A stretch of 64,000 nt of DNA from an uncultured Verrucomicrobiae bacterium (GCA_963788655.1 CAWBHS010000057.1:160001-224000), one strand, 5' to 3'. Positions 9,606 to 19,780 are shown, counted from the first letter of the stretch. Made by a program: numbers and translations. The notes: a model not told the origin generated them from the sequence alone.

Positions 9606-10333
9606 CCGGCGGTTTCCGATCCCGGCTCATTGATGAACGGTGTTAGGGGGGAACCCGTGGTGGCTTCCTGCTCGTCCGGTTCGACGTGTAACAGTCCGCG
9701 TTTGATGGCGAAGCGGATGAGCTCGCTTTGGGATTGGAGCTTCAATTTGCGCATCACATTTGCCCGATGTGTCTCCACCGTACGCTGGCTGATGTACAGG
9801 CGGACGGCAATGGCGGCGTTGGTGTTGCCTTCGGCAGTCAATTGCAATACTTCACGTTCCCGGCTGGATAACATTTCGTAGGGATCCATGGTGCCAGCCG
9901 ACTTCGCCTTCTCCAGGAACGCATTAATCGTGGTTTCCGACAGGGGCGGGCTGAGGAAGCGGCGTCCCGCCAACGCTTCCCGCACGCCCCGCAACAAATC
10001 GGCCGCACTGGCGTCTTTGAGCACATACGCCGAGGCCCCATTCTGAAGCGCCTCGATCACGTAGGCCTCTTTGGTGTGGATCGAGAGGATGACAATTTTC
10101 GTATTGGGAACGCGCTGCCGGAGATGACGAGCGACCTGTAAGCCGGTTAATCCCGGCATGATCAGGTCCGTCACCACCACGTCCGGTTGCAGTTCTTCGG
10201 CCAGGCGCACGGTGTCGAGCCCATCTCCGGACTCGCCCACTACTTTGAAATCTGGTTGCGTTTGCAGCAAGGCACGGAGTCCCTCCCGGACAATCCGGTG
10301 GTCTTCGGCCAATAGAATGGTGATCGCTGCCAC
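9602..10333 (-). CDS. NarL/LuxR family DNA-binding response regulator
   Basis: LAEDHRIVR, TDLIMPG, YVLKD and HTH LSSREREVL..SQRTVETHRANVMRKL. Confidence 0.93.
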   Translation of the reverse strand: MAAITILLAEDHRIVREGLRALLQTQPDFKVVGESGDGLDTVRLAEELQPDVVVTDLIMPGLTGLQVARHLRQRVPNTKIVILSIHTKEAYVIEALQNGASAYVLKDASAADLLRGVREALAGRRFLSPPLSETTINAFLEKAKSAGTMDPYEMLSSREREVLQLTAEGNTNAAIAVRLYISQRTVETHRANVMRKLKLQSQSELIRFAIKRGLLHVEPDEQEATTGSPLTPFINEPGSETAG

Positions 10334-10511
10334 TGCTTAAACGTTGGGTTGGACGAAAAACGACGGCCGCGTCATCACCCGAATCGTATGCCCCCAATTC
10401 GAGGTGAACATCCGCTGCTTCCATACGTCGGCTGCAGTCTGCTCGGTTTTTGAGCGGCAACAACAAAAGCCGTGTTGGGCACCATCATTGATTTCGCAGC
10501 CAAGGTCGCTA

Positions 10512-11336
10512 TTAGTCGGCCGACTGTTCGGCCAGCAAGGTACCCAAGTCGGGCAACGGAGCACGCGTGGGATCCAGGAGCTCGCGTCCAGCGATTTGCT
10601 GTCTAAAGGGGGCCGTCGCCTTCGGTAAGAACAGGTCCGCCACATAGGGGACGAAGCGGATGGCCTGCCGTTTGGGCTGGCGGGTGGTCACGAACTGCGG
10701 AGTTCGGCCGGTTCGTTTCACCGGAGATTGATAAATGCTTTGGACGTTCTCCGAACCGGTCATCAATGCCTGGAGCAGCATCGGCTGACAACCAAGTTCC
10801 CCCGTTGGGGTATGCGTAATGTTGGTGACGTTAACAAAGTATTGGCGAAATTCCGCCGTGCTGAATGAGCCGTCCTCATTGCAGCCGCCAATGATAATGT
10901 TGCGTACGGTGGCGGCTTGGTCCCGGCCCATGATTCTGACCAGATCGGCCGGTGAATAGTATGGGATGTGTTGCCCCGGCTTCAGCAGGGATTCATGGGG
11001 AAACAGGGCGTAGCGTTTGCCGCCCGGAGTGTTCAGCCCCACGCCGTGCGAATTCACAAACAAAGCCTGGTTATTCGTCAGGCCGCTGCCACTGATGAGG
11101 CGGCGAAAGTTCTGACCCTCCCACAGATCGAAGAAGAAATTGCTCTCGCCGGGGGCGGTTGGCCCCGCATAGCTCTGTGCTAGAATTCGCAAGTCCGCGC
11201 CGAATTCGCCGGTTTGCCCCTGCCCTGCTGCCGCCCGCATTCGATTTGCCAGCGGGCTTTGAGCGTTGGCTGCCACCAATCCCAGGATAACAACCAATAG
11301 CCAAAGCCCCGGGGCAAACCGCTGCCCTTTGGCCAT
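10512..11336 (-). CDS. Secreted hypothetical protein, possible caspase/hemoglobinase-fold peptidase
   Basis: Signal peptide (LWLLVVILGLVAANA) after the ATG at 11336; FVNSHG and IIIGGCN motifs. Confidence 0.6.
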   Translation of the reverse strand: MAKGQRFAPGLWLLVVILGLVAANAQSPLANRMRAAAGQGQTGEFGADLRILAQSYAGPTAPGESNFFFDLWEGQNFRRLISGSGLTNNQALFVNSHGVGLNTPGGKRYALFPHESLLKPGQHIPYYSPADLVRIMGRDQAATVRNIIIGGCNEDGSFSTAEFRQYFVNVTNITHTPTGELGCQPMLLQALMTGSENVQSIYQSPVKRTGRTPQFVTTRQPKRQAIRFVPYVADLFLPKATAPFRQQIAGRELLDPTRAPLPDLGTLLAEQSAD

Positions 11337-11949
11337 TGCCAACGGTCGTGGCGGCCCTCCTGCCGAAGGCGGCTCGGAGCGGAGCTTCGCCGGGAAGCGC
11401 GTCGCCCGTTTGGCGCGTGTGAATTGTAAACTGAGCAAATGCATCTCGGTTTCGCCGACTGGTTTTGCCGTCGAAGAGAACCTATTCTGGCGTGGACAAC
11501 CAACAATTGGGGTGAATACCCGACCATCATTGGGCGGTTTTGCCTTTTGCCAACTAGGGGAATCTCCTAACTCAAATCAACCGTCTGCGGGCGAGTTTCG
11601 CACCGCCCGTCTGCTGCTACGGCCCTCCCTGCGGCAGCCGATCGGAAAGTGGGGATGATCCCGGCCAAAGCCGACCCGCAGGCACAGGCCCAATCTCGGG
11701 GCGAAAAGCTGGAACCCCGCCTGGCCGAGGCCCAGGCGGGGCCGCGGCGGGTGTTCTTTAGGGATGCGGCGCACTTGGTGTTGGGACCGGTGCTGCCGAA
11801 CTAAATTCGCTTGGAGCCTGTTTCGCATGGCCTTTCCAACAGTTAAGCGTCCGGCTCGGAGTGCCGCCTTCTCGCGCTGTGGGTGCCGAGCCGCCTGAAA
11901 GCGGGACTCCAAACGGCAATACTCCAACCGCCTCTCAGGCCGGAGCAAT

Positions 11950-12011
11950 TCTGATTTCGGGCTTCGGACTTCTTTCGGATTTCGGATCTCGGATTTCGGA
12001 TTTCGGATTTC
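11950..12011. repeat. TTTCGGA heptamer array
   Basis: TTTCGGGCTTCGGACTTCTTTCGGATTTCGGATCTCGGATTTCGGATTTCGGATTT; related arrays lie at 13261, 19600, 40975, 47085 and 47252. Confidence 0.8.
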
Positions 12012-12087
12012 CCTTTTGCCTCCGTTTTGGCGGATATTTTTCGATTCCTTGCTCGCCACTGAGCCGGGATTGGCTAACATGCGCGGC

Positions 12088-13030
12088 ATGTCTTCATTAT
12101 CCAGACCGGAAGTGATCCTGACCCACGAAAGCGATTTGGATGGGTTGGTGGCCGGGGTGCTTTTGCGGCGGCTGGCGCGCAAGTTGTAACGACGTCAACG
12201 TGCCACTCGAAGCCTATCATTATAACCTTTGGCGCGGACGGGAGCCCCGCGAGGCGGCGGCCTGGGTCTGCGATCTCAGCTTCGAACCGCGCCTGGACCG
12301 GGAGAACTGGGTGGTCATCGACCATCACCCCACGGACCTCAAACCGCAACGGGCGCAGCTCATTCATGATGTGAACAAATCCGCCGGCCTGTTGTGCTAC
12401 GAATTGTGCCAACAACACGGGCTGGGGTCACCCGAACTGGACCGGTTGATGCACTTGAATAACGTGGCCGATTTGTTCCTCGCGGACGATCCGGATTTCT
12501 TGTTGGCCAATGACTACGCCAACCTGGTCAAGGTTTATAACTTCTGGAACGTACACACGCTGATCGAGGGGGAACTCGAGCGGTTGCTGGATCACCCACT
12601 CTTGGAGGTGATGGCGGTCAAACGCCGGGTGGAAGATCCCCTCGGCCTTCAGTGGAGCCAGAAGAACGTGGTGGCGATCAGTCCGACCGTGGGATTTGTG
12701 GACACCATTGTGGGCAACACCAACCTCGTCGTGCATCAATTGCTACAGCAGAAAGCCACGCCGTATCCGGTGTTGCTGACGCTCTTCCGCCGAGCCAACG
12801 GTGTAGTGATTGCCAGCTTGCGCAGCCGCGGCGGGGAAGCGCTTCCCGTAGCCGAACGGCTGCAGGGCGGTGGGCATCCCAATGCGTGCGGCGCCACGCT
12901 ACCCCGCTCGGTCCGTAATGTTCCGGATGCAATCGCCTATTTGCAGCGGGTTCTCAATCCGAAGTCCCGCCCCACCCTGCCGCTCAATAACCTTGATGGT
13001 TTGTTTCAAGCGTGGGATGCGGAAAGCTGA
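12088..13030 (+). CDS. DHH/DHHA1 family phosphoesterase; frameshift near 12188
   Basis: Frame 1 has THESDLDG; frame 2 has VCDLS, IDHH, DLF, SLRS and GGGHPNACG. Confidence 0.85.
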
Positions 13031-13106
13031 AACGAAGGCCGAATGAAACTGGCTTTCGGGCCGTATCCATTCCGTAGCCGGAGCAGCGATGACACGATTC
13101 GGCGCG

Positions 13107-13238
13107 GTAGGACAGGCGTCTCGCCTGTCTCGAATAGCCAAGCACATCTTCCCTTGTTGGTGACCTGGAGAAACTTCCTACGCCGCGGGGCAAATCGATG
13201 GTTGGCAGTCGTTTGAGCCAGGCGGGACGCCTGTCCTC
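13107..13238. repeat. GTAG-type REP-like inverted pair
   Basis: GTAGGACAGGCGTCTCGCCTGTCTC (13107-13131) and GAGCCAGGCGGGACGCCTGTCCTC (13215-13238), each internally palindromic. Confidence 0.7.
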
Positions 13239-13314
13239 CTGAAGAGTCACGGCTTAGCAAATTTCGGGCTTCTTTCGGATTTCGAATTTCGGTCTTACGC
13301 ATTGTTTTTCCCCA

Positions 13315-13343
13315 TTGCCCAACACGCTGCCCGCGTTTAACAT
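13315..13343 (+). promoter_or_regulatory. Putative sigma70-type promoter of rph
   Basis: TTGCCC-N17-TAACAT ending 9 nt before the ATG at 13353. Confidence 0.5.
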
Positions 13344-13352
13344 TGCGGGCGC

Positions 13353-14151
13353 ATGACCACTGACACAGGCACCCAACCGAGTTCGGCTATTCTACGAGCC
13401 GACGGCCGACGACCGGATCAATTGAGACCGGTGCGCTTCACCATGGATATCGCCCCCAACGCCACGGGGTCGGCGCTCATTGAATGGGGAAACACGCGCG
13501 TGATCTGCGGGATCAACGTCGAGGACACGGTACCCCGCTGGATGAAGGAGCAAAACGTGTCGGGCGGCTGGATCACCGCCGAATATTCGATGCTGCCGGT
13601 ACTCGACCTTGGGCCGCAAGCCGCGCGACATCACCAAGGGCCGGTTGGACGGCCGTTCGCAAGAAATCCAACGCTTGATTGGCCGCTCGCTCCGCGCAGC
13701 CCTGGATCTCGATAAGCTGGGCTCGCGCACGATTTGGGTGGATTGCGATGTGTTGCAGGCGGATGGCGGTACCCGGACCGCCGCGATCACCGGGGCCTAC
13801 GTCGCGGTGGCCGCGGCAGTGAAACGGCTCAGGGCCGAAGGCAAATTGACCGAGAATCCGTTGCCGCGAGCCGTGGCGGCGGTGAGCGTGGGCGTCGTCA
13901 ATCAACAGGCGTTGCTGGACTTGTGTTATACGGAGGATGTCGCCGCGGCGGTGGATCTCAATATGGTGATGAATTCGGCCGGGGAATTCATCGAACTCCA
14001 AGCGACGGGCGAAGAGGCCACCTTCAGCGCGGTGCAACTGGCGGAAATGATTGCGCTCGGCAAAGCCGGCATCCAGGAGCTGATGGTCCAGCAACAAACC
14101 GTCATTGACAGCTACCGCGGGCCGGCCGCACCACCAGTGGCCCGGACCTAA
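13353..14151 (+). CDS. rph: Ribonuclease PH; frameshift near 13598
   Basis: RADGRRPDQLR, GWITAEYSMLP, GRSQEIQRLIGRSLRAA, DCDVLQADGGTRTAAITG and DLCYTED motifs across two frames. Confidence 0.95.
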
Positions 14152-14167
14152 CGAGTTCCGTTCAATT

Positions 14168-14791
14168 ATGCGCGACGCTCCCCTTCAGCTCTATCTGTTA
14201 CGCCACGGAGAAGTCGAAGAACGTTACCAGCAGACCTTTGGCGGACGGATCGACATGAATCTGTCGGCGAGCGGCCATCAGCAAGCCATCAAACTGGCCC
14301 AATCCACGGCCGCGCGGAAGCTGGATGCCATTTACGCGAGCCCGATGAAACGCGTGCAGCAGACGCTGGCCCCGCTGGTCGAGGCCACAGCGTTGGCGCC
14401 GGTGATGCTGGACGATTTGCGGGAAGTGGATTTCGGCGATTGGACCGGGCTGAACCGTGAGCAGGTGCGCGCCCGATTCGGAGCCAGCGCCTCGGAATGG
14501 TTGTTGCGCCTGGAAAATGGCACCATGCCCAACGCCGAACCCGCCCAAGTTTTCCGTCATCGCACGGAAGCTTGCCTCCACCGGATCACCCAGGCTCACG
14601 CCGGGCAAAAAGTAGCGGTCGTTTGTCACGGGGGCGTGATCCGCATGGCACTTTCGATTCTATTGCCACTGCCGTTGTCCGCCTTGGCCAGTTTTGAATT
14701 CGAATATGCAAGCCTGAGCCGCATTGATTTGTTTCCCCACAAAACGCGGGTGCAATTGCTCAATTTCACTCCGTGGCGCGATCCGTCATGA
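14168..14791 (+). CDS. Histidine phosphatase (phosphoglycerate mutase/CobC-like)
   Basis: LLRHGE, SPMKRVQQT, LREVDFGDWTG and VCHGGVIR motifs. Confidence 0.9.
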   Translation: MRDAPLQLYLLRHGEVEERYQQTFGGRIDMNLSASGHQQAIKLAQSTAARKLDAIYASPMKRVQQTLAPLVEATALAPVMLDDLREVDFGDWTGLNREQVRARFGASASEWLLRLENGTMPNAEPAQVFRHRTEACLHRITQAHAGQKVAVVCHGGVIRMALSILLPLPLSALASFEFEYASLSRIDLFPHKTRVQLLNFTPWRDPS

Positions 14792-15687
14792 AAACAGGTT
14801 CACTGTGGAAAATCACAGTCGCCGTGGCGCCCCAGGCGGAAGAACCCGTTACCACACTCTTGGAACGGCTGTTGGGGCAAGCCCCCGTAGTCTATGCCCA
14901 ACCGGAAAGCCAAATCAGTTTGGTCAGCGTTTTTCTGTCGTTGCGTTCCGAATGGTCACCCGCCAAACGACGGGCGCTGGTCGAAGGGCTGACGGAAATT
15001 CGCGATTGCGGTGTGGCATTGGGCCCGGGCAAAATCACCGTGGACCGAATCCAACGAGAAGATTGGGCGGAGTCGTGGAAGAAGCACTTCAAGCCCATGG
15101 TGGTGGGACGGGCGTTGCGAATCCAACCCAGTTGGAGCCGCCGCCAGCTCAAGGCGGGCCAGGCGGTGGTGGTTCTGGATCCCGGGTTGAGCTTCGGCAC
15201 TGGTCAGCATCCCACCACGCGCTTTTGTTTGGAGCAACTTGTGGCGTTCCGACGCAACCAGGCTGGGCAGTCGTTCATCGACGTGGGCACCGGGTCGGGC
15301 ATTTTGGCCATTGCCGCCGCCCAATTGGGATACCAACCCGTGAACGCTTTCGATTTTGATCCGGATGCGGTTCGTATTGCCCGTGCCAACGCGGCGCAGA
15401 ACGGCGTCCAGACAGCCATCCGGTTGCGCCGGTTTGATGTCGGCAAACTGCCTCTCCAGTCCAGGGAACTGCATGATCTGGTCTGTGCCAATTTGACCGA
15501 CGACTTGTTGCTGCGACACCGGCGCCGGTTGGTTGGTCTGATGCATCCCCGGAGCCGGCTGGTTCTGGCAGGAATATTGACTTCCCAATTTGCAGTGCTG
15601 CGGGAGGCTTACGATGGTTTGGGCCTGCGGTTGGTCGCCCAGCAAACCGTTGGCGAATGGCACTCAGGGGCCTTCGAAATAGCGTGA
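14788..15687 (+). CDS. prmA: Ribosomal protein L11 methyltransferase
   Basis: EDWAESWKKHFKP, DPGLSFGTGQHPTT, DVGTGSGILAI and LAGIL motifs. Confidence 0.92.
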   Translation: MKTGSLWKITVAVAPQAEEPVTTLLERLLGQAPVVYAQPESQISLVSVFLSLRSEWSPAKRRALVEGLTEIRDCGVALGPGKITVDRIQREDWAESWKKHFKPMVVGRALRIQPSWSRRQLKAGQAVVVLDPGLSFGTGQHPTTRFCLEQLVAFRRNQAGQSFIDVGTGSGILAIAAAQLGYQPVNAFDFDPDAVRIARANAAQNGVQTAIRLRRFDVGKLPLQSRELHDLVCANLTDDLLLRHRRRLVGLMHPRSRLVLAGILTSQFAVLREAYDGLGLRLVAQQTVGEWHSGAFEIA

Positions 15688-15757
15688 AGTTGTCCGCAAG
15701 CAGGACAGCTTGGGAAATTTGGTACAATCAGCACAAAAAAATCCTGGAGAATTGTTT

Positions 15758-15785
15758 GAACTTTTCCGGCAGTTGATTGTTCCAA
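15758..15785 (+). promoter_or_regulatory. Possible ECF-sigma promoter
   Basis: GAACTT-N17-TCCAA upstream of the small ORF at 15908; resembles the sigmaE-type consensus. Confidence 0.3.
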
Positions 15786-15907
15786 TAGGTGATGAAACGG
15801 CGAATTACCGTTGTCAGAGGCAGTTGTGAAATGAGGTGCGTTCCACATTCGGGCTATTGGCATCGAATTCGCTATTGGTTTGGCCTGTAGAAAGGAAAAA
15901 CGTGATT

Positions 15908-16072
15908 ATGACAAAAACGTTAGATTCGATCACAGAAATCATACGAAACCCCAAACATCCCTTCCGGAAAGTCGATGACCGTCCGGTCAAGGCCCAAAAG
16001 CACCGTTACGAACGACGTAAGATCAAGGAGATCATACGTTTGGGAGATTGGGTCGAGGAAAACCCGGCATAA
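15908..16072 (+). CDS. Small basic hypothetical protein (54 aa)
   Basis: MTKTLDSITEIIRNPKHPFRKVDDRPVKAQKHRYERRKIKEIIRLGDWVEENPA, with an AGAAAGGA ribosome-binding site upstream and a terminator downstream. Confidence 0.7.
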   Translation: MTKTLDSITEIIRNPKHPFRKVDDRPVKAQKHRYERRKIKEIIRLGDWVEENPA

Positions 16073-16104
16073 ACAAGAGAATACCAACTAACCTAATCTT
16101 TTAT

Positions 16105-16130
16105 GGGCCACGCACTTGCGTGGCCTTTTT
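16105..16130 (+). terminator. Rho-independent terminator
   Basis: GGCCACGCA-CT-TGCGTGGCC followed by TTTTT. Confidence 0.8.
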
Positions 16131-16148
16131 GCTGCTGGGTATCCGAGG

Positions 16149-17105
16149 TTATTTCGTCGCAGGTTCGGTCGTCTGTTCTGCCGGTGGCAGATCGTGGCGA
16201 TCGTGCCCGGTGCTCTCAAACTGGCCAATGAACGCCGCAAACGCCAATCCCGCCAGCAAAGCCAAGGAGAGTTTGAAACGGTCATGTTCATGAAATTGCA
16301 ATTCCGGCAGCAAGTCGCTGGCGGCAATGCAGACGAAGGTGCCTGCCGCAAACGCCAGCGCGATTCCCAGAAAATGATCCGTGGGGCCGGAAAAACTGTC
16401 CGCTCCAAAGTAAAACAACATTACCCCAATCGGAATGCCCAACGCGAACAAGCCGTTGATCAAATGGCGCATCGCCTTCGAACTGCCGCTGCGGGCCATC
16501 AGCGTCCCGATGGCCAGGGCGTCGAATGGCTTGTGTAGAAAAATGACCAGAAAGGTCCCCACTCCCAAAAGCCAACTGGAATGCCCGGCCCGGACGCCGA
16601 CTTCGACACTGGCAGCCAGGGCAATGCCATTGAGCACGGTATGAAACATCAAGCCCAAGGCTGCCCCCGTCCAGGAAAGCCGGCGGGCCGATTGCTCGGC
16701 CAGGGATTGGTCCTCGGCGCCAGGATCGGGGGGGTGGTGGTGCCGGTGATCAGAACCGGGCTCCGCTTCAACATGGGTTCCGAAATCCGCCGGGCCGGTC
16801 GTCTCCGGGGGAACGTCGTGGTGGTGAAAATGAAAGAAGCGTTGAACGAAGAACATCATCAAGAAACCTGCCAGGAGCCAGGCAGCGGCGCGATCGATTG
16901 ACCGCAATTGATGCCAGGCATGGGGTAGCATGTGCAGAAATCCCACGCCCAACATCAGCCCCGAGACAAAACTGATGGCAATTTGCAGGCGCGTATGAGT
17001 CAACCGCACCACCAGGGGAATCCAGCCTCCCGCCAGCGACGCCACCAGAATCAAGCTGCAATAGCTGGCCAGCAACGCAACCGGTGAAATCGCCAGATCA
17101 TTCAT
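16149..17105 (-). CDS. ZIP family divalent metal (Zn) transporter
   Basis: GLMLGVGFLHMLPHA, His-rich loop HFHHHD..HRHHH, FHTVLNG, LHKPFD, AAGTF and DLLPE. Confidence 0.9.
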   Translation of the reverse strand: MNDLAISPVALLASYCSLILVASLAGGWIPLVVRLTHTRLQIAISFVSGLMLGVGFLHMLPHAWHQLRSIDRAAAWLLAGFLMMFFVQRFFHFHHHDVPPETTGPADFGTHVEAEPGSDHRHHHPPDPGAEDQSLAEQSARRLSWTGAALGLMFHTVLNGIALAASVEVGVRAGHSSWLLGVGTFLVIFLHKPFDALAIGTLMARSGSSKAMRHLINGLFALGIPIGVMLFYFGADSFSGPTDHFLGIALAFAAGTFVCIAASDLLPELQFHEHDRFKLSLALLAGLAFAAFIGQFESTGHDRHDLPPAEQTTEPATK

Positions 17106-17240
17106 TTAGCCAGCAATGCTCCCTGGATTTGAGTGGCTTGTCAGCACTGTTTTCGACCCCGGAACGGAATGGTGGACCTCGCGCGCCCTCGGCAAATTCT
17201 AGCGCACGGGCAATCAGTCGTTGCCTGGCGGCGACCAAAC

Positions 17241-17271
17241 AAAAAGTCCCGCCGCTCGCTGGCGGTGGGAC
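17241..17271 (-). terminator. Probable terminator after rpsR
   Basis: Minus strand GTCCCACCGC..GCGGCGGGAC (one mismatch) followed by TTTTT. Confidence 0.55.
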
Positions 17272-17301
17272 ATCGTGAGCAAAGACAAGGCGCCCGCGGG
17301 C

Positions 17302-17565
17302 CTACTTCATCAACAGCATACACCGGGCACGTTTAATCGCCCGGTTCAGCCGGCGTTGGTAATGGGCCGGAAGCCCCGTGTATTTCCGCGGCAGAATCCG
17401 GCCTTGATCGGTTACGAACTGCCGCAACAGGGCCACGTTCTTGAAATCCAACGCGTCAACCGTGAAGTCGATTTTCGGCTTGGGCCGGGGAGTGCGCTTT
17501 TCAAAATACGAGGTGCGGCCACCACGGCCCTTGCTGTCTTTATCTTTGTGAGTTTTACGTGGCAT
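17302..17565 (-). CDS. rpsR: 30S ribosomal protein S18 (zinc-free type)
   Basis: LDFKNVALLRQFVTDQGRILPRKYTG..QRRLNRAIKRAR; no CxxC. Confidence 0.95.
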   Translation of the reverse strand: MPRKTHKDKDSKGRGGRTSYFEKRTPRPKPKIDFTVDALDFKNVALLRQFVTDQGRILPRKYTGLPAHYQRRLNRAIKRARCMLLMK

Positions 17566-17570
17566 AAAGC

Positions 17571-17738
17571 TTACTTGATTTCGCGATGCACCGTGTGTCG
17601 GCGGAGGAAAGGATTGTATTTCTTGATCTCCAAACGCTCCGTCTGGGTCTTTTTATTGCGCGTGGTAATATAGCGGGAAGGCGGCTTGCCCTCCTTGCGC
17701 GCTTCGGTGCATTCGATCGTAATGAGTTCTCGCGGCAT
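17571..17738 (-). CDS. rpmG: 50S ribosomal protein L33 (zinc-free type); absent from the ORF track
   Basis: Manual translation gives [55 protein letters not shown]. Confidence 0.95.
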   Translation of the reverse strand: MPRELITIECTEARKEGKPPSRYITTRNKKTQTERLEIKKYNPFLRRHTVHREIK

Positions 17739-17741
17739 AAA

Positions 17742-18341
17742 TCAGTCTTTCTCTTTGCTCTGCTTCTCGTCCGGCGCATCATCTTCCTCTTCGATTTCCA
17801 CCACGCCCTTGCTGTCCACACTGCCCAGGGCGCCCAAGCGGCGCTGACGCATGGCCCCTTCACGTTCGAGTTGCGACTGGGCTTCGACGGTGAAACGGGT
17901 CCAGGGAATGGCTTCCAATCGGGCCTTGGGAATGGTTTTGCCCGTCAGCTCGCAGACGCCGTAGGTGTTTCGCTCAATGCGCTTAAGTGCTTCTTCAATT
18001 TCATACACGGCATCCTGATCGGAGGACAGCAAACTTAACGCAAAATCGCGGTCAAAATTGTCGGTGCCCGAGTCGGCCATGTGAAGGCTGTAACTGTCCA
18101 TAACCTGGGAAGATTCTTTGGCCAGGCCGTCCATTTGATTGATCAGCCGTTCGCGTAAATCGAGCAGGATTTGATAATACTTTTGCCATTCGGACTTAAT
18201 CCGAACCGTAGGCCGCGGCTTCTTCTTGGTTTTGGTCGGCGCCAAGCCCAGAATAGCCGCTACCGTTGCCGAACCACGGGCACCCGCTTTGGCCGGCGCA
18301 GCGACGGAGTTCTTCTTCGCAGTCTTTTTCTTTTTTATCAC
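17742..18341 (-). CDS. dksA: DksA/TraR family transcription factor lacking the C4 zinc finger
   Basis: HMADSGTD, EIEEALKRI and YGVCELTGKTIPKARLEAIPWTRFTVEAQ; only one Cys. Confidence 0.88.
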   Translation of the reverse strand: MIKKKKTAKKNSVAAPAKAGARGSATVAAILGLAPTKTKKKPRPTVRIKSEWQKYYQILLDLRERLINQMDGLAKESSQVMDSYSLHMADSGTDNFDRDFALSLLSSDQDAVYEIEEALKRIERNTYGVCELTGKTIPKARLEAIPWTRFTVEAQSQLEREGAMRQRRLGALGSVDSKGVVEIEEEDDAPDEKQSKEKD

Positions 18342-18701
18342 AGCTTCAAAACGTTTTTTAAACCTGGCGCTTCAGGATTCAAATGTCCGGCCCGTCAATT
18401 CAAGGGCAAGAGGGCGGGAATGTAACAAAGGAGAATAGATTTGCCACAAAAATCTTCCGCAAATTTCGGAAACCACACCCCCCATTTCGAAAGTTGCCCG
18501 CTGCAGGCGCAAATGCATGCATGCGAAGTTCGTCGTAAGCGGTTGCCGTCACCTGCACGTTCCGGAAGATCCATGCATGCCTGGCGTTATTTCCATCCCG
18601 CGCCTGCACGATGATCGGCTCCCCGCGGGCCAGTTGTGTCGCCTCATTTTGGCGCGTGATGAGCGGGCCAAGCCCTTGGTAGGCAGCCCCCTGAAGGGGC
18701 A

Positions 18702-19532
18702 TCAGCGCTTCTCAATCGAGGCATACGCATTGTGATTGTGGATGCTCTCGGCGTTTTCGGCCTCGACTTTGAACCAGATCACGTCCGGGTGCGCATTGAG
18801 CTTTAAGGCCACATTGCGCACCAAGTCCTCCACGAACACTGGATTCTCGTAAGCTCTTTCGGTGACCGCCTTTTCGTCCTGCCGCTTCAGCAAGGAATAC
18901 AGTTCGGAGCTGGCCGACGCTTCGATTATAGCAATCACATCTTCAATCCAGACCGTCTGGCTGGACCGCAACTGAACGGTCACTTCCCCGCGCTGATTGT
19001 GTGCCCCATAGGTGCTGATCGCCTTGGAGCAGGGACACAGCGTTGTCACGTTGGCCTTGACTGTCAGGACAAAGTCGATCTCCCGGCCGCAGGCGGTGGC
19101 GTCAAACCGGGCGGCGTAGTCCATCATGCCTTCCATGCCGCTGACGGGTGCCTGCTTGGTCATAAAGAACGGGAACTCCATCTCCAAGTGGCTGGTGCTG
19201 GAATTCAACTGCCGTTGCATCGCGTACAAAATGTCCGGAATATTCTCCACGTGAACCATGCTGCCGTGGGCGTTCAATACCTCGAGAAACCGGCTCATGT
19301 GGGTGCCTTTGAATTCCTCCGGCAAATCCACAAACATGCCGATGATCGCGATGGTGTTTTGGAACCGATGCGCCTTGTCACGGATCTGGATGGGAAACCG
19401 CAGCCCGCGAACGCCCACTTTGTCGATCCGCAATTCGCGATGGTCTCGTTCGCTCTGTTTGTCGTGGAGCTTGGGTTGTCCTTTCACGGCAGTTCGTCCA
19501 GCGACCGCGGGAGCTTCCGGCACTTTGATCAT
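18702..19532 (-). CDS. folE2: GTP cyclohydrolase IB (FolE2)
   Basis: IDKVGV, KGTHMSRF, TTLCPCSKAIS, GAHNQRG, ENPVFVEDLVR and ESIHNHNA motifs. Confidence 0.95.
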   Translation of the reverse strand: MIKVPEAPAVAGRTAVKGQPKLHDKQSERDHRELRIDKVGVRGLRFPIQIRDKAHRFQNTIAIIGMFVDLPEEFKGTHMSRFLEVLNAHGSMVHVENIPDILYAMQRQLNSSTSHLEMEFPFFMTKQAPVSGMEGMMDYAARFDATACGREIDFVLTVKANVTTLCPCSKAISTYGAHNQRGEVTVQLRSSQTVWIEDVIAIIEASASSELYSLLKRQDEKAVTERAYENPVFVEDLVRNVALKLNAHPDVIWFKVEAENAESIHNHNAYASIEKR

Positions 19533-19780
19533 GGCCAAATCCTAGCAATCGGTGCCCGTCCTGCCAAATTTCTTTTGGCCGGCAAATGGACCAATAGAAA
19601 AGCCGAAACCCGAAATCCGAGGCCCGAAGTTCGAAGTGCCCCGGCCCGAGAGCGTGTTGCCTGGTGGCGGATCAACATGGGAGTCGCTATCGGATTGCGG
19701 CCGTGGGTCATCGAATTTTTCCCCATTGTGTACGAGTAGAATTTTGACAGCGCGGGTTAAAACCGGTATTGCCAGAGGGC

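Noticed and set aside
18400..18702. 100-aa ORF between folE2 and dksA
   Set aside because: No recognisable motif, and it runs into the probable dksA promoter region; unsupported.
17105..19780. Zur box upstream of the zinc-free gene run
   Set aside because: No convincing AT-rich palindrome resembling known Zur boxes was found by eye.
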